Positions 24,787-36,328 of a stretch of 64,000 nt of DNA are shown in pieces; the first letter of the stretch is position 1; the number at the start of each line of letters is the position of its first letter. This stretch comes from Marsupella aquatica (taxonomy: Eukaryota > Plantae > Marchantiophyta). Under the pieces are notes generated by a model. It had not been told where the DNA came from and made no database searches. It saw only the letters and a program-made list of their open reading frames with translations. The DNA is taken from assembly GCA_973895155.1 (NCBI GenBank), contig OZ316893.1:21870955-21934954 (forward strand). The letters run 5' to 3'. Position numbers and translations under genes: made by a program.

Positions 24787-25890
24787 AGTAATCTTGAAGG
24801 CCTACTGTACATCGAGGGATCGATTTATCAGTCGTTCTTGCGAAACTCACAGACTTCGATGGAGGGGACAATAGCGTGACGAGCAGGTCGACTAGCTACT
24901 CACAGGTCAGTTAGATCTATGAAATTGAATTCTGCTCGATCCCGAACTTAATTTAGGCTACTTCTTCTTCGTATGGAATGAGAATAATTTGTTGTGCTTC
25001 TCCCGAACTTTAGGTGGCTTCTTCTTGATATTGACTGACTAATTTGTTTTTCTTCGCCCGAGTAATGTTCTTGCGAGTCTGGAACGAATAATTTGACTGA
25101 CTAATTTGTTTTTCTTCGCCCGAGTAATGTTCTTGCGAGTCTGGAACGAATAATTTGCAGTCCTTCTCCCTAGTAATCTTGAAGTCGTCCATCGATCGGT
25201 CTATCAGTCGTTCTTGCGAAACTCACAGACTTGGATGCAATTGACCACAGCGTAACGAGCAGGTCCGATCTATGAAATTGAATTCTTCTCGATCCCGAAC
25301 ACTAGGCGACCTCTGACTTCTCCTTCGTCTAGCTTGGTTGAATAATTTCGTTTTCTTCTCCGGACCCAAGCTTTTGGCGACTTCTTCAAGATCTGGAATG
25401 CATAGTTTGTTGTTCATCGCCCGAAATTTAATGTAGGCGACTTCTTCTTAGTCTGGAATGGAGAATTTGCTTTCCTGCGATCTCCCGAGTAATCTTCTTG
25501 GTCTGAACGAATAATTTTGCTTTCCTTCTCCGGAGTACTCTTGAAGTCCTAATTCGATCAATCTATGAGTCGTTCTTGCGAACTCAGAGACTTCGGGATC
25601 GAGGGGACCATAGGAACGAGCAGGTTGACTACTCACAGGTCAGTTCGATTTATGAAATTGAATTCTTCTCGATCCCGAATTTTAGGTGACTTCTTCTTTG
25701 TTTGGAATGAATCATTTGCTTTCTTAGCCCGAGCTGACTTCTCCTTCGTCTTGGTTGAATAATTTGTTGTCCTTCTCCCGAACTTTAGGCGGCTTCTTCT
25801 TGGTCTGGAACGAAGAATTTGAATGCTGTCCTAGCTCCTCCATAGTAATCTTGAAGCCCTAAATCGATCGATCTATATATCAGTCGTTTA
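24787..25890. repeat. Hierarchical degenerate tandem array (~310-385 bp units built partly from ~50-55 bp subunits)
   Basis: AGTAATCTTGAAG...ATCAGTCGTTCTTGCGAAACTCACAGACTT...ATGAAATTGAATTCT.CTCGATCCCGAA recurs near 24787, 25171 and 25533, with a partial copy near 25843. The subunit TTCTTCTT..TCTGGAA.GAATAATTTG..TTCTCCCGAA recurs many times. Confidence 0.85.
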
Positions 25891-25949
25891 CTATGGGAAG
25901 TCCTAGCTGCCAATTCAATGTTGGTTCTGTTTGTGATCGCTTTAATAGA

Positions 25950-28900
25950 TCGAATTTGAACTCCAGCTAGATCGGTTTATATATAGAGTATGTTTTCGAT
26001 TTCCGCAAGCCTTTCGCATTTTTGCGGGCAGATTCGTCTTCGTCTGACATGAATAAGTTGTAATTCAACAGGAAGCAGGAAGTCCGTGACACATTTAGCT
26101 TCAATACATTCAGAAGATCTTTATTCAACACCGTTTGTTGACCGTCTTTGCACGACCGGCCTAGATGACCAGTCTCTATCTCGGTAACAACATAATCGAA
26201 GTATAATTAAACCTTGCTTCATAGAGTACATCCTTGGACCAATCTCTTGCAGTTTACGTCTCGTTAATGACTTGCATGAAGGTTTTCCAAAAAGCCGATA
26301 TCGATGTTGACCTAGACCTCTTTCTAGCTTGAGTGATCAATAGCCGATATGGATGTTGATCTGGACCTCTGTCTTAAGTGATCAAAATAAACCTTTATGT
26401 TGGTATCAAGCGGGGATCTGATAACTTAGCTTGTCTGTCAATCTCAGTCGCTGGTTTGCTAGTTTAGATGACCTGCTCAGATCTTCAGATGATTGATTGT
26501 GCCTTAACGATTAAGCCAGTTAAGACTGACAGCGGGAACTCATCTGGTACTTGAGGTTCAGATCTTGTTTCCATCAAGCCTATGATCGAGAAGATGTCAA
26601 CATTTTAAAGTGTAAAATGTTACCTCTCTGACTCATCTTCAATGCACAGTCCGTCTAGTTCGAAACGCCAATACGATTTTTAGTAGTTCATAATTAACGA
26701 AGTTCCGTTGGGATTTATTTTCAAGCCGTTCAAACCATCTGTTGCTCTAATGTTCTCATCTACACGACTAATTCACACGACTAATTCACAGACCTCTGAA
26801 TCGATCCAGCAGTCGCATTCGAATAGATTCTGCCCCGTCAAAACAAACGTTAGGAGGCTACAGCACTAACACCCGACGTTCTGAGAACTATACGACGACA
26901 CTTTATCGATTGAGCGGTTCATACCTTCATAACTTGCATTGATGCCTCTATTAAATGGTATATCTGACGCGTGAACGTCATTGGTTGGTAGTTGCTATGC
27001 GCATGCTCCGTGACTGTCCATTCAAGATTGTACATACGGTATAAGCTTTCGCTAACCGTTTCACTCGCAAACGGATCGTACGTTAATTGTCTTCAATCAC
27101 TTAATTGCAGGAACTATTTGGGAAGCTCCGCAGGAGCCAGTCTTGGTTCCAAGATGGTAACATGTGAGTGATTGCAAATTGATTCTCGCAGGCCAAGTTG
27201 ACGACATGGTTGCCAGTTTGATGTAAGATCGATGGTCGGAGTGAGATCCTCGAAGAAAGGCAGCACGGAATCTAGCAAGCCAAAGCACTACTTGATGCAC
27301 AGGCGGGGATAGTAAGTCTGCAACATTGTGGATACTGTGGAAAATAATAGGATCTTCTGCTGGACATGCAGGGCTCCTTCGATAACTCACTGAGTTGCTA
27401 AATTAACTGGTCAGTTACTTTTTGCTCGAACTTCCATCCCTTTCGGTAAAATAGCACGTACTGTACTTCGGTAGATTAGTTTTGCGAATTTACGCACACA
27501 CATGTAACATGCTTAAAATCGCACCTGTGGACTCAAACCGGATAGAGAGGTTCATATATACTACATTCTGACAGTTGTGTCCGACGGGAAGAAAGATCGA
27601 AAGACTATACTTAGGTGAAACTTGTCATAAAAATCGATAAATGTCAATGAAAGAATTATGTCTAATATCCATGGACTGGTCCTCGGACTGGTCGAAGAAA
27701 TGCCGAAAACTGACCTGGAAACATGACGTGAGGGGGTCGGAAAATGAGAATCCTTCGAGTATCCGACACTGGCAAATACTCAACGCTATTGATCACAATA
27801 AAGTGACCAAGTCGAATGAAAGCCCACTTAAACTAAACACGTAGTCACACAGGCAAGTTACGGAGACTAAATGAGTATTGCACATGATTGAAGCATTGCT
27901 GCGTTGCTTATGCCATCGAATGCGTACGTCTCTGCAGGCTATAAATTACTCTATCGAGACAGCCAGAGGCAGAGTATTAAGCAACTCGAACGTTATGGAG
28001 CATTGAGAAGACTAATCCAGGGGCATCCGGGTTAGGTAGTTTAGAGCCCAAACAACGAGCTTTAGCTACAAACAATCGGACTGATAGTGTTGTGGTGGAC
28101 TCAAGAGGGCGTGTCAGATATCGATCGGGCTAGTAGTTAACTACTGTAGCCACGACGGTGTTGATCATGGCAACGTCGAATGCGAAGAAAACTATATACC
28201 TGGAGATTGCAGCCGGCATGACGTTCTGTTTACTGGTGTTATTCTGGGTAGTCACCAAGATAGGTTTGGACAGCCTGAACCAGGCGTACCTCTCCCATCA
28301 AATCAACCAGGTGCAGCGCAGAATCAACCCAGGCGGATAAGTGGACTTCTCATGATCAAATTGGCAAGTTCAAAGTGGGCCTTAATTAGACAGTGTCTTT
28401 GAAGTTACAAGCGCAGAATCTGGATGAAGGGACCATACATAGATGATGAGCTCGTTCATTTATTGCCCGATAACATCAAAGCTGAGTGAGGTTGACAACA
28501 GGTCCCACAACGATAGATTTGTCAGACGAGTGAATCCGAGCTAGACAGTTCGTGCGAAGGTTAGACTCTAAACAGTGCAGAATCTAAACAGATCGATGTC
28601 ATGCCATAAGCAAGTACAAATATATATCCCCCGGCCCGTACCTGGATCAGCGTGGAGTACAGTGCGGTTGTGTCCGCAGAGCGACTCGGGGCAGCTTTGT
28701 AAATATCAAACCATGAACGATGATGGCATCTTCGGGGGATCGAGTATTCATAGACAAGTTGGAGCTAGATCTGGAGCTCGAGTGACCGGGTGAGCAGTAG
28801 GTCCTAACTGTGCATGCGTGATGCAATTTTCTTTTTGCTGTTGACTTCACGATCTAGTGGGACGACAAGGTTAGATGATAAGCTGACGGACATGTATCGT

Positions 28901-29700
28901 AATTGATGTCGAGATCACGGCATGTCGCTGAAAATCTTCGAGTACGTAGCTGGCGAACTAAAGTAGGCTGATGACTCTTGCAGATATCAAAGAACCAAAG
29001 TCCTTCACAAACGATTTTTGCACAGGCAGAAGTAAGGGCTTAGTCAGTGCCATTATCACAGAGTACGCTTAGAGAGCTGCATATGTCAACCAGCCGATGT
29101 ACTTCACAAGGACACACAGAAGACTACGGTAGCACGATCTATTCACCAAATCTGAAATTGACTAATACATTCGCTTATTGAATGTCTTCCTGATCGACCT
29201 CAAATTGACGCTGTAGACTGTTATGACCGGGAGCATGCACATAGTATCACCTACTCTGATCGGTTTTATCATCTCAGTACAGCACATTCCATGCAGATTC
29301 GGTACTTCATTGCAACGCAGGAACTTCACAACAATTTAGGGTGATGGAACGTAACATTTTGGACAAACCCATCTGTGCGGCCGGATCGACTCGACCCCGG
29401 TCAACACGGCGCCACAGAAAGACCATTGTCCACGACGTTTGGATTAATCAGTGACGTGAAGTCCGGGACGTCTTGACATAGACAAGATACCTTGCGTCCT
29501 ATGAACAAGGTTGGAAATACTGTCCACCTCGCGCATGGGGCCCCCGTTGACAAACTTTAGCGTCTTGCCTGAGATTTTCTAATAGCAAACCAATGCTCAA
29601 GTACGTAACCTGGAAGTAGGACCCAGAGATTTCATCAAAAAGTTTTGTGGGGTCACCTTAATTCTAGCTCAGTCACGGAGTACGTTCTTCTGAAGTTTTC
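25950..29700. pseudogene. Decayed coding-like island, unidentified
   Basis: Protein-like frames interrupted by isolated stops, e.g. + strand from 28983: DIKEPKSFTNDF...IITEYA*RAAYVNQPMYF...*HDLFTKSEID*YIRLLNVFLIDLKLTL*TVMTG. No long ORF and no recognised family. Confidence 0.4.
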
Positions 29701-29984
29701 TAGTCTGATGTGATTTGCTTGATTGTTTCGTTAGTTATTATCCTGGTTGGTCTTTGGCAAGTTCGTCTCTTTGTTTGCTTTGTTTCCAATGCTGGTATTG
29801 CTTAGTTGTCCTTTGTCTGTTCTCTCGCTTTCTATGACTTGCTTGTTTCGTGCTGCGTACACCTACAATCACGTGCCCAGAGATCCGCTGGCTTGAAAGG
29901 GGATTCAGGGCTTAAGTAGCGCGCGAAGTATCCCCCGGGCAAGACAGTTTTAAAATTGTTTTCTTGGTGAGTTTTTTAATAGGG

Positions 29985-30125
29985 CGTCCCAAAGCTTGGA
30001 AATTAGTACCTATGATAGCATTCCGTCGGGCATGACTTTTTGTGTCCATAACCCATCATCCCTAGGTAGTTAAAATCCATCAAATTATGTAGTTAAAGTC
30101 CATCAAATTGTCAACTTTGAGAGTG
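29985..30125 (+). repeat. Dispersed repeat; inverted homologue at ~49220..49526
   Basis: GTCCCAAAGCTTGGAAATTA, CATGACTTTTT, TGTGTCCATAAC and CATCAAATT...ACTTTGAGA match the reverse complement of 49220..49526. Confidence 0.6.
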
Positions 30126-31247
30126 GAAAGTACTCTCGTCACTAAACTCTTGGGTTTTTCGTTATTTTTCCCCTCTTATTGGGTTTTTTTGTTTAGGCTT
30201 TGGGATCCTGTCTCTTGTTAAGGCGCTTTTGGTTTTGGTAGGCGCATATTGTTCTTTGGCTGTGATTATACACTCGTCACTAGACTATTGAGTTCCTCAA
30301 CATACTCAATCTAAAGTGTTGCGACACTTTTGTTCTTCGGCATTGATTTATGCTTTGTTCCTAAAACCTTCAATGTGGAGAAGGAATCATTGAGACATGG
30401 TTACTCGACTATCTACCACTTGAGAGTCCCTCCGTCCCGACCCCAGAAAAATGACATCCTCTGAGAGAACTGGGTTTGCATCACACTTGTGAGACTCTCA
30501 TTGCTTTAATCTGATTTTTCTCCACCAGTCATCTGGAGAAGAAATTACCCATAAGAATCGCACCCAAGCCTTTTTCCAAGAAAGGCAGCCTGCAAACATC
30601 TCCATCTGGCGCTCCTCCGATCAGTCCCATAGTAAGACAGTCAACTTTTTGCTTTAGCTAATCCAATCGCATACGCTGAGTAGCATTAGATAAGTATGAG
30701 TACAAAATACATTAATTAAATAAAAATTTGGTATGGAGGAAGGTAAAGTGACTTTCCAAATATGGTGGCTGAAAATTATGCGGTCTGTTTCGGGACATGG
30801 GGAAAAAATGTCCTGGAAATGGTTTTGCTGTTTACTATGTTATACATATATGTTGACTAGACCATGAACACATGTGATGGAAAGGTGTGAGCGCAAAGGA
30901 GAAAAGTCGATTGAGAATCACAACTTTTTGGCTGGGAAAGAATCAGCGGCTCATTACTTTCAGATATTGACATAGTTGTTGACATTGTTATATGCATTTT
31001 TTTTCCCTGTTTTATTTTAGCATAATTAGAGTTTTTATGTGTTGTTAAGGTAAGACATCTACCAAAATAATTACCCTAGGTGTGATTTTCAAACCCCTTT
31101 AACAAAGAAAGAAAACAATAATGTGATTAATGTTTTTTCCCCTTAAAGAGAAATTGTAAGCTAAAAGTTAAACCAAATCTCAGCAATGGCGGAATTATAT
31201 TTCTGAGCACAAAATACATGGAACATGACACCATTTTCCAAGACAAA

Positions 31248-31472
31248 ACAGCGAAACTTTAGTTTAAGGGATAGAGTAAATGTTTTCTGAGACAGCGAAA
31301 CTTTAGTTTAAGGGGTAGAGTAAATGTTTTCTGAGACAGCGAAACTTTAGTTTAAGGGATAGAGTAAATGTTTTCTGAGACAGCGAAACTTTAGTTTAAG
31401 GGGTAGAGTAAATGTTTTCTGAGACAGCGAAACTTTAGTTTAAGGGATAGAGTAAATGTTTTCTGAGACAGC
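31248..31472. repeat. Minisatellite, 5 x 44 bp
   Basis: ACAGCGAAACTTTAGTTTAAGGG(A/G)TAGAGTAAATGTTTTCTGAG x5, identical except one position. Confidence 0.97.
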
Positions 31473-32337
31473 AAATGCGAGAGGTGTGCCTTGACTCTTC
31501 AACTTTCTTAGTTCTCAAACTCAAAACTCTGTCAGGGAATTGAACCCTGAACTGTCTAGAGAACTACTGTAGACAGCTAAGAGAAATCATTTCCTTGTTG
31601 TTGACTTTGTTGCTTCTCAATGCTAGGCATCTGTTTTTAATTGCATCTAGATATCCGCTCATAAATATAGTGGGCCTGAGTTGAGATATTCAATGTAGAT
31701 CTTGAATCATACCGCATGTGATGTAATCTGTCACATGCTTTCTTTGTAGACATGACTACTCAATAGAGGCTTCCCACGTTAGAAGAGATTGGTTTCCCCT
31801 TGCAAATTTATTCTACTAGATAACACATGTGTGTTGCATAGAAAATGTTGTTGTGCAAAAGATGTGGGTTGCATAAAAAATGTCATTTTGTAAAATACAT
31901 TGTTTGTAGAAAGGATGTTGCAGGAAAGATATAGTTAATGCTGCAAAACAAATGGCATTGCAGAAAATATATCTTTGATATCATTGCAAAAAAAATGTCA
32001 TTGCGTAAAAGATATAATTATGAAGAAGATATTGTTTTTGAGTTTTTGAGGCATGATGTGTGTGCCCAAGGAAAGAGCAAAAGACGAGCAGAGGCTCCAA
32101 AGTCTTTTGGTTTCAGTTTTGGGGGCAGGAGGTGCATGCAGGGGTGCACACCCAAGAAAGAGCAAAAGATCCATGGGCGGAGGTCTCCCGCAGGCATTTG
32201 GGGCAAAGGTGAAGGTCAGTCCCTCAGGCAGAGGCTAGTAAGAGGCTCTATTTGGGCCTCTCAGACGAAAAAGTGGTACAGTGGCTCACTTGACAAAACC
32301 CTCTGACAAAACCTAGATACAGAGTCACAGTTTTGTC

Positions 32338-32552
32338 ATATAGCATGCTCATCCTGGAACATGTTTTATTTTTTGTCTTGTGATCTGAAAGTAAATAAAA
32401 TATGAGAGCATAGAAGTGCTGTTATATAAGTAAAGTGTATGTGTTGTTATATAGTATGCTCATCCTGGAACATGTTTTATTTTTTGTCTTGTGATCTAAA
32501 AATAAATAAAATATGAGAGCATAGAAGTGCTGTTATATAAGTAAAGTGTATG
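32338..32552. repeat. ~110 bp tandem duplication
   Basis: ATGCTCATCCTGGAACATGTTTTATTTTTTGTCTTGTGATCT...GTAAAGTGTATG x2. Confidence 0.9.
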
Positions 32553-32967
32553 CCAAGAAAAGCACAGTGACCAAGAAAAGGTACAGTCAAATGATGCTAC
32601 GATGTGTGCACTTAACTCAGGGTGCCTTATGAATGACACTCCTTTCAATAAAAACCATAAACCTAGGAAAGAAAAACATGAGTAGAACTTAAGAGGCTAT
32701 GCATTGATGTTATTCAATATCATTTCTCACTAGTGGTGGTGGAGCCTTTGGTTTCATCTCTAAGAAAACCCATACTCTGAAAGGGGGCTGCCAAAATAAG
32801 TTCAAAACACTCTAGAATACCTAAAACTAAAGGGATCTAAAAATTAATTAAAAATGTATAGAATACAAAGGTTACCCCTTGATAAGGCAGATTGAAATGA
32901 AAATACATGACACAAAAATCTGAATAAGACAAAATCTGAAATGTGCATTCACCATAGCACCTTCAAT

Positions 32968-33798
32968 TAGTTCGTGGACCCCTTGGCTAATAAAATCAGG
33001 GGAAAGAGTTGATCTGAGCCATCTCTATTTCTTATCACCGGAAATCTCCATCATAATGGCCAATCTATGGCTCAAAAGAAAGATCTCAAATAGATCTATG
33101 GATGGGTTTTGTCCGTTTTACAAATGAGTTAATATTTTTCAAATTAAAAATTAAACAAATCCAAGCCTTCCTAGCCGTCGATTTTGTTAATTTTACGATC
33201 TTTGCCGTCCATTTTGTAATGCCTCTGGAAATCTTATTCATCCATGTTAAAAGGCGATCTAGGGTGCAAAAGAAAGATCTCAATGAGATGTACGACTGGG
33301 TGTTTTTTGTTTTGAGAATGAGTAAATAGTTTTGAGTATAAAATTTGATGAACTTTCAAGATTCCAGCCATTCCTCTTCCCCGATCCTGGGTTTCTATGT
33401 GCTCTTCTCAACATTAATGGTCGTACAATACGAGAGGTCCTTACGTACCGGGAGTTGCGGTTTAACAAGGAAGTTATCAAGTTAGTTATTAGTCATCATT
33501 TATTATATGAAAAATATTTTTTATAAATCTTTGAATTTAAATTTTAAAATTGGAAATGTAACTAAAACGGTTACATAGTGACAGTTTTAATCGTCTTGCT
33601 CTTTGTATTTCCAATGTTTTTACTTTTCTTTTTACGGCACGGTGTCCCAAAATTTACACCCAAATTGACACAAACACGAATGAAAACTATAAGTTTGATT
33701 CACAAAATCGATGAGTCTTGTTTGTTACGATTGTTGTTGACGTGGCACTCTGTGGTGCCATGAATTTTGGAAGGGACCTCTAGTGGGGTACGTAAATA
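32968..33798 (+). mobile_element. Non-autonomous element, copy B (same termini as 21920..23211)
   Basis: Starts TAGTTCGTGGACCCC, ends GAATTTTGGAAGGGACCTCTAGTGGGGTACGTAAATA. The interior has its own ~195 bp duplication (CAAAAGAAAGATCTCAA x2). Confidence 0.55.
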
Positions 33799-33956
33799 TT
33801 TCACTTGACAAAACCTAGATACTATTTCACCATTTTAGTATATTTTTCCTGAAATTTTGGAGCAAATAATGTAATGTGTAAAAGAGAGAGGGCTTGGACA
33901 CTTCTCCTTTTATATGGCCATTACTCCAAAATTTAAAACCATGAGACCAAGACCTT

Positions 33957-34030
33957 CGCTAGATGGAGGGGTCGAACCTCCGACCTTGCGGTTAACAGCC
34001 GCACGCTCTAACCAACTGAGCTAATCCAGC
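33957..34030 (-). tRNA. tRNA-Asn (anticodon GTT)
   Basis: GCTGGATTAGCTCAGTTGGTTAGAGCGTGCGGCTGTTAACCGCAAGGTCGGAGGTTCGACCCCTCCATCTAGCG: all four stems pair, A and B boxes are intact, and a TTTT run lies ~18 nt downstream. Confidence 0.96.
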
Positions 34031-34559
34031 CCTGCATGCTGAGTAGAAGGGTAAACGTATATAAAGAATTTTGAAAATGGATATGTCTGTCGAGCTCGTG
34101 CAAGCTCCAAAAGGAGATACAGAATGATGGCCGTGGTCCAGACATATCGGGATGCGAAGTGATGTTGTGAAAGCGCAGAACTCGGGAGGAATTCAGTCGG
34201 ACCAATCGAGGTGCCGCAATTCCTGATCTTGACCTGTGAACTGAATTTTGTAAAACCAGACGACGAGAGCGGAAAAACGAGTCGAAGGAGAAGAGGAAGG
34301 GACTCATTCAACAGTATGCAAAAACATTGAGAATTAATTGTTGCTTTGTAACCGGAAAGCAAGTCAGTAGACAAACAAATAGAATGGAAAAGAGCAAGCT
34401 GGGTATTCAATAGCACTGGGTATTCAACAGCAAGCAATCGAATTGATTCGAAAATGAGTGAATCCTGAAACCAGAAACCAAGTCAGAGAGGAAAAGAAAA
34501 GAAACAAGCTAGCAATCAGATTGAGAAGTAAAATAGTGCCACATAGAAGTACTGTTGTT

Positions 34560-36030
34560 TAGCATTTCTGTAAATAATGGTATCTCAATTCCATATCAAT
34601 TCTCGAGGTCCTTCAGCTCTCCAGCCTCTGCCCGATCCACATTCTATAGCATCAACAGACCAAAAGCATCTCGATATTGCCGGCCAGCACGTACTCCTGG
34701 TACATGTATCTGCTGATATTTCATCATTTAGTTGATGTTCCACGATCAAGTCTCATCTCATCTAGATCACGTCAACTCACCTCGTGCACCTGACCTCGGC
34801 AGCTGAGAATGTGAAATTGAGCGAGCTGGATGAAAGTAAGCAACTCTTCTATCCAATCGATTTGTACCCACACTTTCAATTCCCGAGCTAGCAATGGCTC
34901 TACCATGACTATAATCGGTCTGTGGTCCGTCTGCAGGGGAAAATAACGGCTCGCAGGGAAAGTTAGTGGAAGACGGTGCTTCAACTCAGTGGGTACTGGG
35001 TCACGAGGGATAGTCATCATTCATTGTATCTATAATTGGAACATCCTAGCAGAGATAAGAACTTGCACATAGAATTTAACTGACGAGGGCCCTCTTTTCA
35101 CCATGCCCTGCAGGAATTAAATAGTCACGGGCTGCCTTCAAATCGTGTTATGATCATGATCTGCATGCATGCACGCTGATGAAACAGAAGCAACTTATTG
35201 TTCCATCGATTTTTAATCACACCCTCAATAATCGGAGGACACCTTCAAACATATGTTTATCATCACCTGCATGTACTCGCAGATATTTACCAAATTATTC
35301 CTAGAGCGTACTATACTCGCAGATATTCACCTCCTTATTCCTACGGCATACTAATGTAGTCTGTAACCGAGCGTTGCTGGAAAGTGAGCAACCATTTTAC
35401 TTGTATCTGCCAGTCATAATCGTACCAACTGAAAGCTACCAACTGGTGGACAACTTCATCCATTCGTAATCATGCCTACAGTCTCCTCAAAGTGCCTGAG
35501 CAACTACTGTACTTCTTCCACTTCGTATTGATTTTCACAATCACCTCAAAGTGGACAATTATTGTACTTCATCGACTCATGAGCAACTGGTGTACCCCGT
35601 CCCTTCCTTTTCATGATTTCCTAAATAAATAAGCTCCAATTATGCTAAGGGATTTCATCCGTTCATGTTCACCTATGTACTGCCATGCTGCATTCAGAAA
35701 TATTGCTGGATTCCTCTGCATCCGTATGAGTCTCGACAAGACTTGAACCTTCTGCATGTTAGATGGATGCAGTTGAGAGAGTTTGTGTAGGCTGTCGAGA
35801 GCTCGCACTGTCGAAGTGGCAGACTGGACTGAGCTGCGTTTTTGTCTCTACAGGGCCAACGAATGCCTGAGATACAGGTCTAAAAGAATTGCTTCTCTGA
35901 CGATTTGTCAGGACTTATATGTATTGATTGTGCAACTATACGAACGGAACAACAAAGCTCAGTTACCATGGATTCCGCGGTCTTAAATTCGGCCCCCGGA
36001 GTCTGATGATGTCCAGCCCTCTTCGGTCCA
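34560..36030 (-). pseudogene. Decayed DEAD-box RNA helicase-like gene (eIF4A/DDX6-like motif order)
   Basis: Colinear relics: DRGIHG..QIVREAI (Q-motif region), NMQKVQVL...YIGEHERMKSLSIIG (Ia/GG region), RDGVH, RMDEVVHQL (DEAD position), LLARELKV (ARGxD position), IHVPGVRAGR (motif VI), ELKDLEN*YGIEIP. Many stops. Confidence 0.5.
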
Positions 36031-36256
36031 ACTACGCAAATATCATGTCCTCTTTACATTCTCTCGGTGCTCAATATTGAGTCCTACTGATTGCCTTTTC
36101 ATCGACCAACAACACATGCAAATCATCGACAGACTTAAATGCAACCGTAACGCTCCTTATTGGAGTGGTTTTAGGAAACTGGGCGCAGGAATGTGGTTAT
36201 CCTGATCAAGATATTGATCGCCTTAAAATCCAGAAATGGGGCCTCTTCGAAGCATT

Positions 36257-36328
36257 GCTGGTGCTCACCACTTCCCTTTTAGAGGGTTCATCGCTGGTGC
36301 TCACCACTTCCCTTTTAGAGGGTTCATC
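36257..36328. repeat. Exact 36 bp tandem duplication
   Basis: GCTGGTGCTCACCACTTCCCTTTTAGAGGGTTCATC x2. Confidence 0.95.

Noticed and set aside
27990-29700. Alternative genetic code (TAA/TAG read as Gln) to explain the interrupted frames
   Set aside because: TGA stops and frameshifts also occur; mutational decay is simpler.
31248-31472. CRISPR-like array
   Set aside because: Units are contiguous and near-identical with no unique spacers; eukaryotic context, no cas genes.
24233-33798. LTR retrotransposon bounded by the ~150-bp direct repeats at 24233 and 33647
   Set aside because: No TG...CA ends, PBS, PPT or gag-pol relic, and a third homologous end at ~23050-23211 shows a dispersed family.
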